Shown: positions 23,922 to 35,975 of the stretch, piece after piece
How the letters are laid out: the number at the start of each line of letters is the position of its first letter
Position numbering within the stretch: the first letter of the stretch is position 1
NCBI GenBank assembly: GCA_051294375.1
Contig: CM119270.1
Span: 10,326,913 to 10,373,744 of the forward strand
Source: Paraspadella gotoi
Lineage: Eukaryota; Animalia; Chaetognatha
Direction of reading: 5' to 3'
DNA: 46,832 bases
Program-made: the position numbers and the translations under genes
Notes under the pieces: generated by a model
Told to the model about the DNA's origin: nothing
Databases searched by the model: none
Seen by the model: only the letters and a program-made list of their open reading frames with translations

Positions 23922-24989
23922 GGTTAGAGTCTCCCAGACACGTTACTATCGTCACACGCGGTTGACGTTAACAACGACATCGCCGTTCAAAGATATCTTT
24001 TGAAAAAAATTAATCTTTTCATGGTATCTCGATTGCCATTCGACTCGTCGGAATGGCGATTAAATGGCATCTAAATGGCGACGGCAATCGAAGAAAGTGT
24101 AACGGGCGGAGTCGATGACGTAAGCGGTGGGCGTTTGGGCGTGGAGAGACGTGAATGCCGCCTCGTAGAAAGACGGGAATCGTTGAAAGATGGAAATGGA
24201 AAGTTGGAAAGAGAATCGACAGGGGGGGCGGGCAGGCGAGGGGGGGAGCTTCGAAAGATGAGTGAGGAAATTCGGTTTTCACAGGAAAATTTCGGGGACA
24301 AACTCTTGAAAATTCGTCATCCATTCGTTTGGTCTTTTCTTTCACCTCCTTTTTCTTCCTCCCTCGCCTAATCTTATTCCTTCTCTTCGTCCTCTTCCTC
24401 CCTTGCCTCTTTTTCTTCCTCTATCCCTACCTCTCTTTCGACGCCCGAAATTAGTCGTCGTCGTCGTCTTCGTCGTCGTCGTCGTCAACGTTGTCTCATT
24501 TTTGGCGAAAACATTAAAATAATCGTCGTTTTTATCAAACTTTTTTTGTGTGGGGGAAGTTTGAAAACCATTTTGAAGGCAATGGTGGGACAGGAGCGGG
24601 TGAGCGATCGCCCGAGTGAAAATGCATAGTGGGCGCGCCGTGAAACAAAGAAAGATGGCGTTGGAAATCGTTAGTACTAATGAAAACAATCATAACTTTT
24701 TTTGGGTAATAATGTTTTTTCTTAAACAAAAAGAAAAAAAAATTAAATTCCATTTCAAAAAAAATCTGCACTGCTTTTTTTTTTAGAAGATGTTTATCTT
24801 TTTTGAAAAAGAAAATAAATTCGACAGCAAAAAAAGGGAAAAGATGGATGATGTAAAATTGTTTCGCTCGCAAAATGAAGAGAGGGAGACAAGAGAGAGC
24901 GGGAAGCTTGCCGAGACCATAACGTGGGGTGTGAAAAGGTCGGCTTGATATTTCCAAAACAGAGAGATTAAAAGAGACAGAGACATTTT

Positions 24990-25290
24990 GAAGGCTCTCT
25001 GGGAACGGAAGGAATGCCTGTGATACCCGGGGCGCGCGGTATCTCACCTACTGGCGTCGGGACTGCAGACCCTCAGTGACGGCCTCCTGTCACTGGCAAG
25101 TTTAGACTGGCTCCGTCACATTTAAGCCAGAACCGGGATGCTCAGGGATTGAACCCGGGACGCATGGTTGCAACGAGATGATTTCGCCTGCTCAGCCATT
25201 GAGACGAGGCTGAGGACGGACAGCAGTGAGGCAGCTTTAAGTCTTGTTGCCACAGTTGCCTATTAGGCAATGCCTAAGCTCAACCATGAA
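24990..25290 (-). mobile_element. tRNA-derived SINE-like element or tRNA-head repeat (boundaries approximate)
   Basis: Minus strand has a Pol III A box TGGCTGAGCAGG (25198-25187) and a B box GGTTCAATCCC (25155-25145) at tRNA-like spacing (31 nt apart). There is no intact anticodon or acceptor stem. Complex, GC-balanced sequence contrasts with low-complexity flanks. Confidence 0.6.
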
Positions 25291-26342
25291 ATTCATCGAA
25301 GTTCTGTCGACGTTTGGCCGTAAATCTGTAATGTTTTAATCTTTAGCCTTTTTAATTTGTTCGACCCATATTTCGCCACAGAAAATGTTTAAAACTTTTC
25401 TAAAAGACAAATAATGACTTTTGTCTTTCCGTCTCGCTTCATCCCTTCGATGTGGCAAAAAAAATTATGAAAAAAGTCTTTATTTCTCTCTCTCTCTCTC
25501 TCTCTGTCTCTGCTTCGTCCGTGTTCTCTCGTTCTCGTACTCTCTCTATCTGTCTGTCTCTCTTCTCTTATGTTGATTCTTTGGTTTTTTTTCTGTCTTG
25601 TTGGTGGTTCTCTGCGCGTAATAAGAGAAGCGAGGGAAGCCATTTATCAAAATTACTCGCTCCGTCGAATGCGAACCGACGTCGGCCTCCGTTGCGCGTT
25701 TCTCCGCGCGTGAGCTTCGGAGATCGCACCCGCTTCTGCTTCGCACCTGCGCGTAACTCGATCGCATCTGTTTGTATCTCGTATAAGATTCCTTCGAATC
25801 TCTGCGTAATTCCGATAACTTTTCATTTTTTTGGGTACCAGATATAATAACACATTGCAGCTGTAAATCCACTATCAGTATTGGCCACTTTTTCCTCAAC
25901 CGTTCGCACCTGTCCGACTCTCGCCGATCGTTCGCGGAAATGCACGATGCACGTGCGACTCTCTCGCTCTCTCTCTTAGGTCTCGATCGCGTGGCGTCGC
26001 TCCAGGTGTCGCTTTCTCGCCTCTCGATGACGCGCGGGGGAGGGAGGTGGAAGACGCGGTGGCGTCGCGGTTGACGTCGTGTGGTCGAGGGGGCGTAGTT
26101 GGCGGCCTTGACGACGACGACAACGGCGGCGCTTAAATGGCCCAACGACGGTTTTATTCTCCTGGAATTTTTTATTTTTTTATCCTAGTAACCGTTTTAT
26201 TTATTACTTCCTTCTCTCTCCTCCACCACTTCATGGAAACATACCTTCATACCATACCATACCCCTTCATACCATACATTTCATGAAACCATACCTACCA
26301 CTCCTTCACTCACCTCTTAAAAACCGTTTAAAAAAACATAAA

Positions 26343-26541
26343 AAGTCATTTCTCTAATCCCTTTTCTTTAATTATTCTCAAGTCTATTCTCTAATCCCCT
26401 TTCTTTAATTTTTCTAAAGTCTATTCTCTAATCCCTTTTCTTTAATTATTCTCAAGTCTATTCTCTAATCCCCTTTCTTTAATTTTTCTAAAGTATATTT
26501 TCTAATCCCTTTTCTTTAATTATTTTTAAGTCTATTCTCAG
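26343..26541 (+). repeat. Minisatellite, ~5 copies of a ~38-39-bp unit (aagtctattctctaatcccttttctttaattattctc) with alternating variants
   Basis: Direct reading of the repeated unit; variants ...aattattctcaagt and ...aatttttctaaagt alternate. Confidence 0.9.
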
Positions 26542-26576
26542 ATTCTTCAATCTTTTATACCCTCATTTCCCAACCC

Positions 26577-26656
26577 CTGCGATCACCAATTCCTTGCGAT
26601 CACCACTCCCCCGCGATCACCAATTCCTTGCGATCACCACTCACCGCAATCACCAA
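26577..26656 (+). repeat. Tandem repeat, 5 x GCGATCACCA core at 17-18-bp period (dimeric higher order)
   Basis: gcgatcaccaattcctt gcgatcaccactccccc gcgatcaccaattcctt gcgatcaccactcacc gcaatcacca. Confidence 0.9.
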
Positions 26657-26739
26657 ACCTCCATCTCCAAGTCTATGCGACGTTTGGCGTCGGAGTATCG
26701 ATCGCTCGCCAACTTAAGAACAAGTACTAGATGAACAAG

Positions 26740-27250
26740 AAAAAGAAGGAAATTAGAAAAAAAAATATTTAAAAAATGTCTATAAAAGCATAGGTGGAAT
26801 ATAAAAAATATATATATTTAAAAATTAAGAAAATGTCATAAGCCATGAAAATGGATGAAAAAAGGCTAAGAAGGAAACTAAAAAATAAGAATGGAAAAAC
26901 CAAAACAAGAAGAATGAAAAAAAAATGAATGAAAAAAAAAAAAAGAATGAAAAAAGAAAAATAAGAAGAATGAAAAAAGAAAAAAATTAAAAATAAAAAA
27001 GAAGAAGAAACCAAAAAAGAAAACAAGAAGAATAAAAAAAAAGAAAAAGAATGAAAAAAGAAAAAGAAGAAAAATGAAAAAAGAAAAAGAATGAAAAAAG
27101 AAAAAGAGGAAAACTGAAAAAAGAAAAAGAATGAAAAAAGAAAAAGAATGAAAAAAGAAAAAGAAGAAGAATGAAAAAAGAAAAAGAAAAAGAATAAAAA
27201 AAAAAGAAGAAGAATGGAAAGAGATAAAAAATAGAAAATGATGAAAAGAA
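26740..27250 (+). repeat. A-rich low-complexity tandem array (GAAAAA/GAATGAAAAAA units)
   Basis: Repeated aagaatgaaaaaagaaaaagaag units. Confidence 0.85.
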
Positions 27251-27693
27251 GCAGAAGTTTCTAAATCAATGCCAGCGCCACTTCACTTCGAACGTGAGGG
27301 AGGGGAGGAATCGGGGAGGGGAAGAGAAATCGATGAGAGAGAAAGGGAGAGGGCAAAAAGAAATCAATCAAAGATTTAAAGAATTGGTCAATATTGGCCA
27401 TAGTGTAGAAAAGTTTCTACATTAAGTTTACATTCTCGATGAAGTTTGGTGACAAGCTGAATATAAATACTGCCTGCAAAAAACCGTGACGTCGAAAATA
27501 CTACGTAATAAAATATAAATGTTTAAAAAAACGAACAAATAAATAAAAGACTAAAGCCAAAAATAAAGCTATCGCCCTACGTTTTTAACACACTTTTAAA
27601 CCGTTGAAGCAGTAAAAGTTAAACGATCACGCGATGAAAGTCTCGCAAAGTAAATATAATCGGTTTAAAACACAGTTCCCCACTCAATCAATT

Positions 27694-27822
<129 letters not shown>

Positions 27823-28016
27823 CCATTTAACGCTTGACTATATTTGACGTTTTCGGCATTTGTGTTGTAAAAAACGCGCTCTTTCTCTTTCTCCCTTCAT
27901 TCTAATCTCTCAAAATTTGTGGGAGGTGGCGGGATCGTGGTCCCTCGGTAAACATTTCAACGAACCATTAAACCCAGACGTTTATCAATTAATAACTTTT
28001 GAAGTCCACGCGAGAC

Positions 28017-28128
<112 letters not shown>

Positions 28129-28556
28129 ACTGGCCACACACACAAAAGCTCTGGCGGGGTGATGGCAGACACGGCGATTTCCTGATCTTGATTGTCATTT
28201 CCCCTTCGATTTTTTTTCGGCGACGACTCCGGCCTCAGCCACCCATTCGATTTCGCCACAACCCGGATTATGATTTTCTTGCCACCCAAGTTCTTATTAA
28301 CCTCCCATCTGTTTTTCAACCAAACCCCTACCGCCCATTCTCTACCCCTTGGTATTTCGACTTCCTCTGAGAAACTGAATTCGACGGGAGCCACTCAAGC
28401 GGAAACTGATCCTGTTCTGTCACCCGGATGTCACTGAAAGACGGGAAAATTTTCAAGGGATCAAGTTGAGTTTAATAGAATTTTGAGTACGCAAGTCATC
28501 GCGACCCCGAATGTAATTTGCCGATGTTATTTAAAATAGGTACGATGTGATAACGA

Positions 28557-28597
<41 letters not shown>

Positions 28598-28735
28598 CAG
28601 ACATATTTTATTTTTTCCTTGCTAACAATGAAGGGTATCGCCGGTCGGCATCGCGAAGAAAAAAAATATTAATCGTTTCTAACAATTTTTCAAAATCGGG
28701 TTTTAATCATTTCGGTTCTCTTCAGCTGTCGAGGA

Positions 28736-28770
<35 letters not shown>

Positions 28771-29654
28771 GCTCGCTCAAACACACAGACATATTTCTTT
28801 TGTCAATAACCGACGTGTCTTGTCAAAACAGCGAATTATCAAAAAGCCAAGAGGGTAAAAAAAAACAATTACGCAATAACATACAAGCGAAACAAAAGAT
28901 CTCCCTCTCTCTTGTTTTCAACAAAACGCCTCCGTGTCTCTCTCTCTCTCTCGTCTCGTCATATCTTTCCTCCTCCTTCTCCATCTCATCTCTCTCTCTC
29001 TCCTCTCTTCTCTCTCTCTCTCTCCCTCTCCATCTCTTTCCGCTCTCTCTGGTCATAAAAAAGTGACAGGTCAACTGCAGAGGTAATCGACGGACTTCGA
29101 AAGCCGTCGTTTCTCGTCTCGTCAAAAACGAGGATGAAGAGAGAGAGCTAAAGAGAGAGAGCTAGAGAAACGTCAAAGATAGAGAGCGAGACGCCGAGGG
29201 AGAAGGAGATAGAGACAGAGTGACGAATAGACCCGAGGTGTCGCTCGCCCCTTAGAGGCCAAAGGAGGAAAAGTAGAGAAAAAGAGAAGAAGAAGAAAAA
29301 AAAAAAAGAATTTGTTTTGTTTCTTTTTTCTTGAGTTAAGAGTTTGTTAGAACCTTGACTACAAAGACGACGACGACGACGATGGAAGGTTTTGACGGTT
29401 TTGACGTCGGGTTGGAAGGTCGCTTGTCGTAGAAATATGGCCGAAGCCAAGAGACACGACGACAACGACGAAGACGACGATAACGACGATCAGTCAATAT
29501 GGACGACGATGCACGATGGATTTAAAGAGCAGGAAAACAGATTTCTCGATTCGAAGGAGCGAGAAAAATCTTCGCTCCAGTAGAGACGTTCGTCTCCGAT
29601 CCATCATCGCTCCATCATAGGTGACGGGCGGGCGGAGGAAGGGGGGCCGGGCGT

Positions 29655-29708
29655 CGGCCGGGCGCCGGCCGGGCTGTCGGCCGGGCTGTCGGCCGTGCTG
29701 TCGGCCGC
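29655..29708 (+). repeat. GC-rich 12-bp tandem repeat (GGCCGGGCTGTC) ~4 copies within a CpG-rich patch
   Basis: ggccgggcgcc ggccgggctgtc ggccgggctgtc ggccgtgctgtc ggccg. Confidence 0.8.
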
Positions 29709-29719
29709 CGTCGAGTTTC

Positions 29720-32700
29720 GATGTCAGCCGGTGACACTGAGGGACGACGGAGCTTAAACTTTTTCGTCGTTGTTTATCGCCGAATTTCAGCGACGACATT
29801 TCTTCTCAGTTCTCAAGACGGCGTTCTTTTTTTTTAGCGCCAGTTGTGGTTTGTTAACTTGACATTTCGTTAACCCCGGCACCGGAGAGAGTCTCGGCTG
29901 ATGGCAGGGAAAAATGTGCGAGTAAACTGTGTACATTTGTTGTCAAAATTGACGAGAATGCTTCAGCTTATAGTTTTTAGATTTGAATTTTTTTGAAATA
30001 CTTTAAAACTCGATATACTCGTCTAAAAGCTCTCTACGTACTCATTAATACTGATTGAAATGAACCAAAACATGTTAACTCAATCGACGCGTAAAAAATA
30101 CGATAAAAAATAAATAAACATCGATGTAAATTAAACCGATCTCCGCCCTTTTGATTGTCCTTTTTTTTCCCCTCCGTCTTCTGCCATTAAAGTCAANNNN
30201 NNNNNNNNNNNNNNNNNNNNNNNNNNNNNNNNNNNNNNNNNNNNNNNNNNNNNNNNNNNNNNNNNNNNNNNNNNNNNNNNNNNNNNNNNNNNNNNNNNNN
30301 NNNNNNNNNNNNNNNNNNNNNNNNNNNNNNNNNNNNNNNNNNNNNNNNNNNNNNNNNNNNNNNNNNNNNNNNNNNNNNNNNNNNNNNNNNNNNNNNNNNN
30401 NNNNNNNNNNNNNNNNNNNNNNNNNNNNNNNNNNNNNNNNNNNNNNNNNNNNNNNNNNNNNNNNNNNNNNNNNNNNNNNNNNNNNNNNNNNNNNNNNNNN
30501 NNNNNNNNNNNNNNNNNNNNNNNNNNNNNNNNNNNNNNNNNNNNNNNNNNNNNNNNNNNNNNNNNNNNNNNNNNNNNNNNNNNNNNNNNNNNNNNNNNNN
30601 NNNNNNNNNNNNNNNNNNNNNNNNNNNNNNNNNNNNNNNNNNNNNNNNNNNNNNNNNNNNNNNNNNNNNNNNNNNNNNNNNNNNNNNNNNNNNNNNNNGG
30701 ACACGGATCCTTTGACGTTTGCGCAGCCGTTGTGTCTTTTTCTCTTTTCCCCTTCCTTTCAATTTTCTCTTTGTTTTCTTATTTTTTCTTTCTTTCATTT
30801 TCTTTCTGGAAAGTGACGCCGATTTTCCGTTTGACGAAATTGATTATCAAGATTCCGGCGAAGTATTTACAATTTTTTTAAAACGTATTTTGGATGCAAC
30901 GCGTTACTTTTATTAAGCGTTGAGTTTGGAGTTTTTAGAGTTTTGAGTTTTTTGACTTTTGAGCTCAACTTCACACGTTTTCTGTGGACAAACTTTGTAA
31001 TTTATGACCTGATTAAGTTTTCTCGATTCTAATAATCATCACTCGTTACCCGAATCTTTGTTGTCAGTCACAGATCTTCTGTTCTTTACTTCATACCTTT
31101 TACCGGATTTTCAGCTCAGCTCAGCTCGCATGAAAAGCGCAGAGAGAAAATGAAAAGAAACCGAAAAGAAAAAGAACATTTTTTAAAACTCGTCGCGTGG
31201 CGGAGCTAATCGACTCTGATCCGATCAGCGAGGGGGGGAAAGTAAATAAACAGAGAGAGAGAGAGAGAAAGAGAGACAGAGAGAGAGAGAGAGAGGAAAG
31301 AGGGATTTCCGATCAGCGGAATTCCCGATTATTTTTCCTTTCCGATGAGATCGATGCCGACTGCATTTTTTGTTTTTGGTCGTATTGGACGAGCTAATCG
31401 GGAAAAAATAACAAACGTCCTCTCTCTCTCGTTCTCTCTTTTTCTCTCTCTCTCTCTCTTTCTCTCGAAGAAAGAGATTGGTGCTCGAGAGGCGCGATTT
31501 CATCGCGGCATATCGCGATTCACATCGCGATGATACTCACGTCAAGAGAGGGCTTCGCCGATAACTTCGGTTAGATGTAGGGCCGCAGTCACGACTCTAT
31601 AACAAAAGTGTATATTCTGGTGAGACACAAGAGAGAGAATAATGACTATAAAAATAAACATTTTTCGCGTTCTTTCCGATATTTCACGCGGAATCAGTAA
31701 CGATTTCTTTATTCTCATGGTCTTGCAAGAACGGCGTTACTTTTTCATCTTAAGGCCATGTCACAAATTTCGAGTGTGAGCCTTGAGTGCTTAGTCTGTA
31801 ATCATAAGCCCTAGCACTTATTAGGATGACGTAAGAGTATTGCAGAGCGTGAGAGAGAGAGAAATATCGGAAAGCATATAGTGATCCTCGAGGAACCACA
31901 TGTGCAATTTTTGTGAAAATTGACCGAGACAGTTCGACTATCCTTATGTTTTATTCTCGCATCAGTTGAATCTTTCATTATTTTCAGTAAATACTAAACA
32001 ACTCGATATACTCGTCTAAAAAGCTCCTCTACGGTAACTCATAATACAGAATATGAAATGAACCAAACAATGTTCAACCAATCGACGCGTAAAAAATCGA
32101 TCGATAAAAACTAAATACACACCAACATCTGATTTGTAACACACCAGCTCTCGCGATCAGCAGCCTTTTGATCTGTCTGCCTCAGGCTTAAACGCCATCC
32201 ATAATCGCTCCATTCCCATTAAAGTCAAATCAGAAGGAGTCTCACTCTTCGGAGAAGGCGGAGAGATCTTCAGAGCGAAAAGGAGAGAGAAGAGAGGACG
32301 GTATGAAGAAGAGAGCAAGTTGACGAGAAGTGAGGAAAAGAAAGGGAAAGATAGAGATCGTAGAGAGAGTAGAAGGCTCAGGGTGATAGTCGATGATGTG
32401 CGATAATATTGATTTGACTTGTAGTATATATACCCAAATCTGTGAGTGGTATTGCGAGACGTGGTAACTCGGACCATGGTGTCAATAACTCTGAAAGAGG
32501 ACTCGAGAAGAGAATTCTGAGATCATGGATAAAATTGTTGAAATCTATCTCTCTTTGCATTTGTACTCTATAAGTACTCTCAAATCTTTACCCCTCTCTG
32601 TCAATTCTTTATTTGCATTTGACTATTTTCATATCTATCGCACGGACTCATATCAGCCGTTTGGATTTCGCATCTCTGACTCTTTCTCTTGGATACGTGC
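29720..32700 (+). repeat. Very degenerate second copy (about 31620-32700) of about 29720-30730, inside a low-quality stretch that ends at the 25-N gap at 35127
   Basis: aactcgatatactcgtctaaaa (30007/32000), caatcgacgcgtaaaaaat (30081/32079), ccattaaagtcaa (30184/32216), caagacggcgtt-like (~29814/~31726). Confidence 0.75.
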
Positions 32701-35700
32701 TATATATATGTGAAACGAGAGCGAGATGACTCTGTAGTTAAAGGAGTTTGCTGGAGGTCGCCCACGTGGTTGCGCCCTGTTCCTCTTTTATTCGCAACTT
32801 TAGCCCGATTCGGGACTTCCCGTCGAGTCTTATTCGTCTCCTCTTAACGAATAGTCAAATAATGTATCGACGACGCAAGATCGTCTCTTGATTCTTTCTT
32901 TTCTCTTTCTTCCATTCTCCTCTTATCGTGGATCAGAGGTGTCACGTTACGATAGAAGCTCTCTCACCCGATATTTCTTTCCAAGATAACGAAAATTGCC
33001 CACGTTTTTTCATTTTTTTTTCATTCGGAAATATTTTAATTAAAAATCTTAGAGCTCGTAGGAATATTAGATACTAAGGATTTATATTTAAAAATCAGAT
33101 GTGTTTGAGGGGATGCAGTGTCATTGATAAATGCGTAGACGTCTAATTTTATTAACGCTGCGTAAGGTTTTGATGTGCATTTTTAGAGAGCGCTTAAATA
33201 AAAGATTTTTGCAAGTATTTTTTCAACGAGGAATCGTCAATTATCACTCTACTATATCTGTGGTATATTGGAACTAATAATTAAGAGTTAAGCCTTATAG
33301 AAAACAATGATTGTATAACAGATTTGTAATCATTCGAAGATTATAAATATGAATCGATAAAAATCTACGAAATACACATCTCGTAAAATCCGACAAACAA
33401 ACTGTCTATCTCATTTTACACTGGAAATTCTTTTTAGTATTGTTTTGATTTATATCTTTCTTCTACTTATAAAAACGGCTGACCGAAAAAATCACACTTT
33501 AGAGAATTATTCCAGTTCACGATCACCAACTCTGTATTCTTTTTTCTTATCATTCATAACGATTCATCTCCATCTCGTCTCTATATACCGGAATTTATCC
33601 AGCACTCAATTCTTATTCTCGACCATCGATACCGACTATCCGACGTACAACTATACATCTGATATGCAGACTCATCCGACAGCAACTAATGCGAACTCAT
33701 TTCATATCCTCATAAAATCATTCTTACTGAACACGCCGCTAGCAGCAGCCGTCCTCATAACAGGACATATCCGCGATCTTACGATCAGTGCGAGAGAGTA
33801 GTGCGAGAGAGCGCTATAAACAAGAACGCCATCTACGTAGATCGAGAAAGCAGAGCCACAAGAGATAAGACGAAGAGAATAAGATGATTATATTAAGACG
33901 TCAGATTCACAGCATGGAGGGATTAGGGCATGAATACTTCAAACACTGCTTTGAAAATCTTTACTTTCAGCTTTGAATAATAATTGTCGAAGAATAGAGT
34001 TTGCCATTGCGCGTACTTGAGCCAGGATTTTTAAATGATAATTTCTAGAGAAGAGTGGCCATCAGCAGCCAACGCTGATAGGCCAAAAAATTTTTATTTA
34101 ACACCATGATATCTGCTCTCTACACTCGGTTTACTCATATTAACCTTATTGTCTCCTATTCTCATCTCTTTGCTCATCTTAACATTACTTCTTTCTCTCT
34201 TCTCATTTCTTTCTTCTTTTCTTCTCTCCTCTCTCCCGAGATCGAGCGCCTATACATAATTGACTAATTAACATACTTTTGCATTACATTTCATTTTTTT
34301 GTGTTTTTACCAAAATTATAAATTACTCCAAAAATATAATTCAAAGAGTATTTTCCCTAAAATCTGCACAGGTTATATATTTCATTTTTATACCATACAC
34401 ATGATACTTTGAAGAAGACTCCAGTTCTAATAATAACAACAACACCTGCTATATTCTTAAAAATTATTCTAAATACCAAAAATAATACTTTTTTTGACAC
34501 ATCTTATAAGTAACCATCAATCATAGTTAATAATCTTCTAATTAAAATACATATCCTATATTCACATAAAATGTTTAAATTCAAGGGTCGTTGACAGATA
34601 AGGCATCTTCACTTCTGGATCAATCCAAATCCTCGTGTGTGTTTATAGATTTTTGATAGTGATTAAATCTCGGTACGATCCGTCATGAGCGTATCGTATA
34701 AATATTCAGAGAGTCAATCCGCGTTCTGTCAGAGAGCTGTATCAGATATACGAGCAGACAGTTCCGTCATTTTCTGAGAAACAACAGAAATCGGAGATAC
34801 ACGCTTCTTAGAAATATACGGATCTTACATTCTCTCTGCTATCACAGAATTGTTTTGTAAGAATGAGACTACAATTGCAAACACAGAAATAACCAAAGTT
34901 CATTCGACTTTTGGGCTGACATTCAGCATGGCTAGTGCGGGAAAGAAAGGATGGCATTTCTAGTGTATCGAAACGAGGAAAAAAGGACGAAGAAGAGAGA
35001 GAGAGAAGAGAGAAGCAGAAGAGAGGATAAGAGAGAAGAGAGAGAGAGAGAGAGCAGAGAGAGAAGAAAGAGAGCGAGCTGAGTGAAAAATATAAAGCAA
35101 TTAAATAATACCGAATCAAATCAGACNNNNNNNNNNNNNNNNNNNNNNNNNATCATGTCAGAACGTTTATACGAACTTACACGGTTTAACCCCTCGTGTT
35201 TTTCTCTGTTTTGCTTTTCGTTCGTTCACTTCTTTTTCTGTTTTCCTTTTGTTTACGTCTTTTGTTTGTTTACGTCTTTCGCTTCTTCGACTTCGAATCC
35301 CAAAGAATTTGAATCTCAGATTTTTTTTTCTTCTTTTTTTTAAGGAAAGAGAAAAATTCCTCGCAAAAAAAATTTGAAAAGGAAGGAAAGAAAAAAATTT
35401 AAAGAACAGAAAAGTTAAAGAAAAAAAGAATTTGGTTCTTTTTTTATTATAAAAAAAAAAAGAAAACGGAATTTGAGTGAAAAAGTCTGCGATCGCTCGT
35501 CGATTCTTCTCATTTAACGCAGGAAATGACTCGAAATTATATAAAATATTTTATTTTAAGGGGGACAGAGAGTGAGAGAGAGAGAGAGTGAGAGAGAGAG
35601 AGAAAAGGGGGAGGGAGGAAACCAGGCGCCCGATTTAATTCCCGTTTTTATTTTATGTCGCAGATTAAATTTGCGCATTTTTTTTAACCCAGGATTTTTT

Positions 35701-35870
35701 TCTTATAATTTTTGTGGATGAAAAAAAAAAGAAATAAAGAAAAGAAGAATATGGAAATAAAGACTTTCCTATATTCTTCTACTTAAGACGTAATAAAAAT
35801 TGTCTTTTTTTAAATGAAATAACAAAAGATTCTTTTTCCTCTCTCCCCCTCAAGGTTTCAGTCTCTTGTC

Positions 35871-35975
35871 GACCAATCAGCTCAAACTACGAATTAGAAA
35901 ATGGACCAATCTTTACTCTCGCTTATTATATCGACCAACGAGCGTCGAGGTTGGATTAGTCGATCGGACCAATCG
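35871..35975 (+). promoter_or_regulatory. Phased array of CCAAT boxes (putative NF-Y cluster)
   Basis: GACCAATC with CCAAT at 35873, 35906 and 35969, plus GACCAACG at 35935. Spacings are 33, 29 and 34 bp; intervening sequence is not repeated. Confidence 0.45.

Larger units (their letters stand above)
26181..26731 (+). mobile_element. Possible non-autonomous Helitron/MITE-like remnant carrying minisatellites
   Basis: Begins a|TCCTAGTA and ends with a hairpin (ttggcg...cgccaa, about 26675-26712) ~14 nt before TACTAG. Interior has (CATAC)n-like, ~38-39-bp and ~17-18-bp tandem arrays. The base after CTAG is A rather than the canonical T. Confidence 0.35.

Noticed and set aside
25060-25110. HDV-like ribozyme suggested by a CCTCCT loop
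   Set aside because: Only a simple hairpin; I could not build the P1/P1.1/P2 nested double pseudoknot.
25140-25205. Functional tRNA gene on the minus strand
   Set aside because: A and B boxes are present, but the acceptor and anticodon stems do not pair and there is no nearby poly-T terminator; better treated as a tRNA-derived repeat.
26343-26656. CRISPR-like repeat array
   Set aside because: Units are contiguous without unique spacers, the context is eukaryotic, and there are no cas genes.
33445-33801. 118-aa non-repetitive ORF
   Set aside because: It lies in the low-accuracy read-derived segment, has a TTG start, and has no recognisable domain or splice signals.
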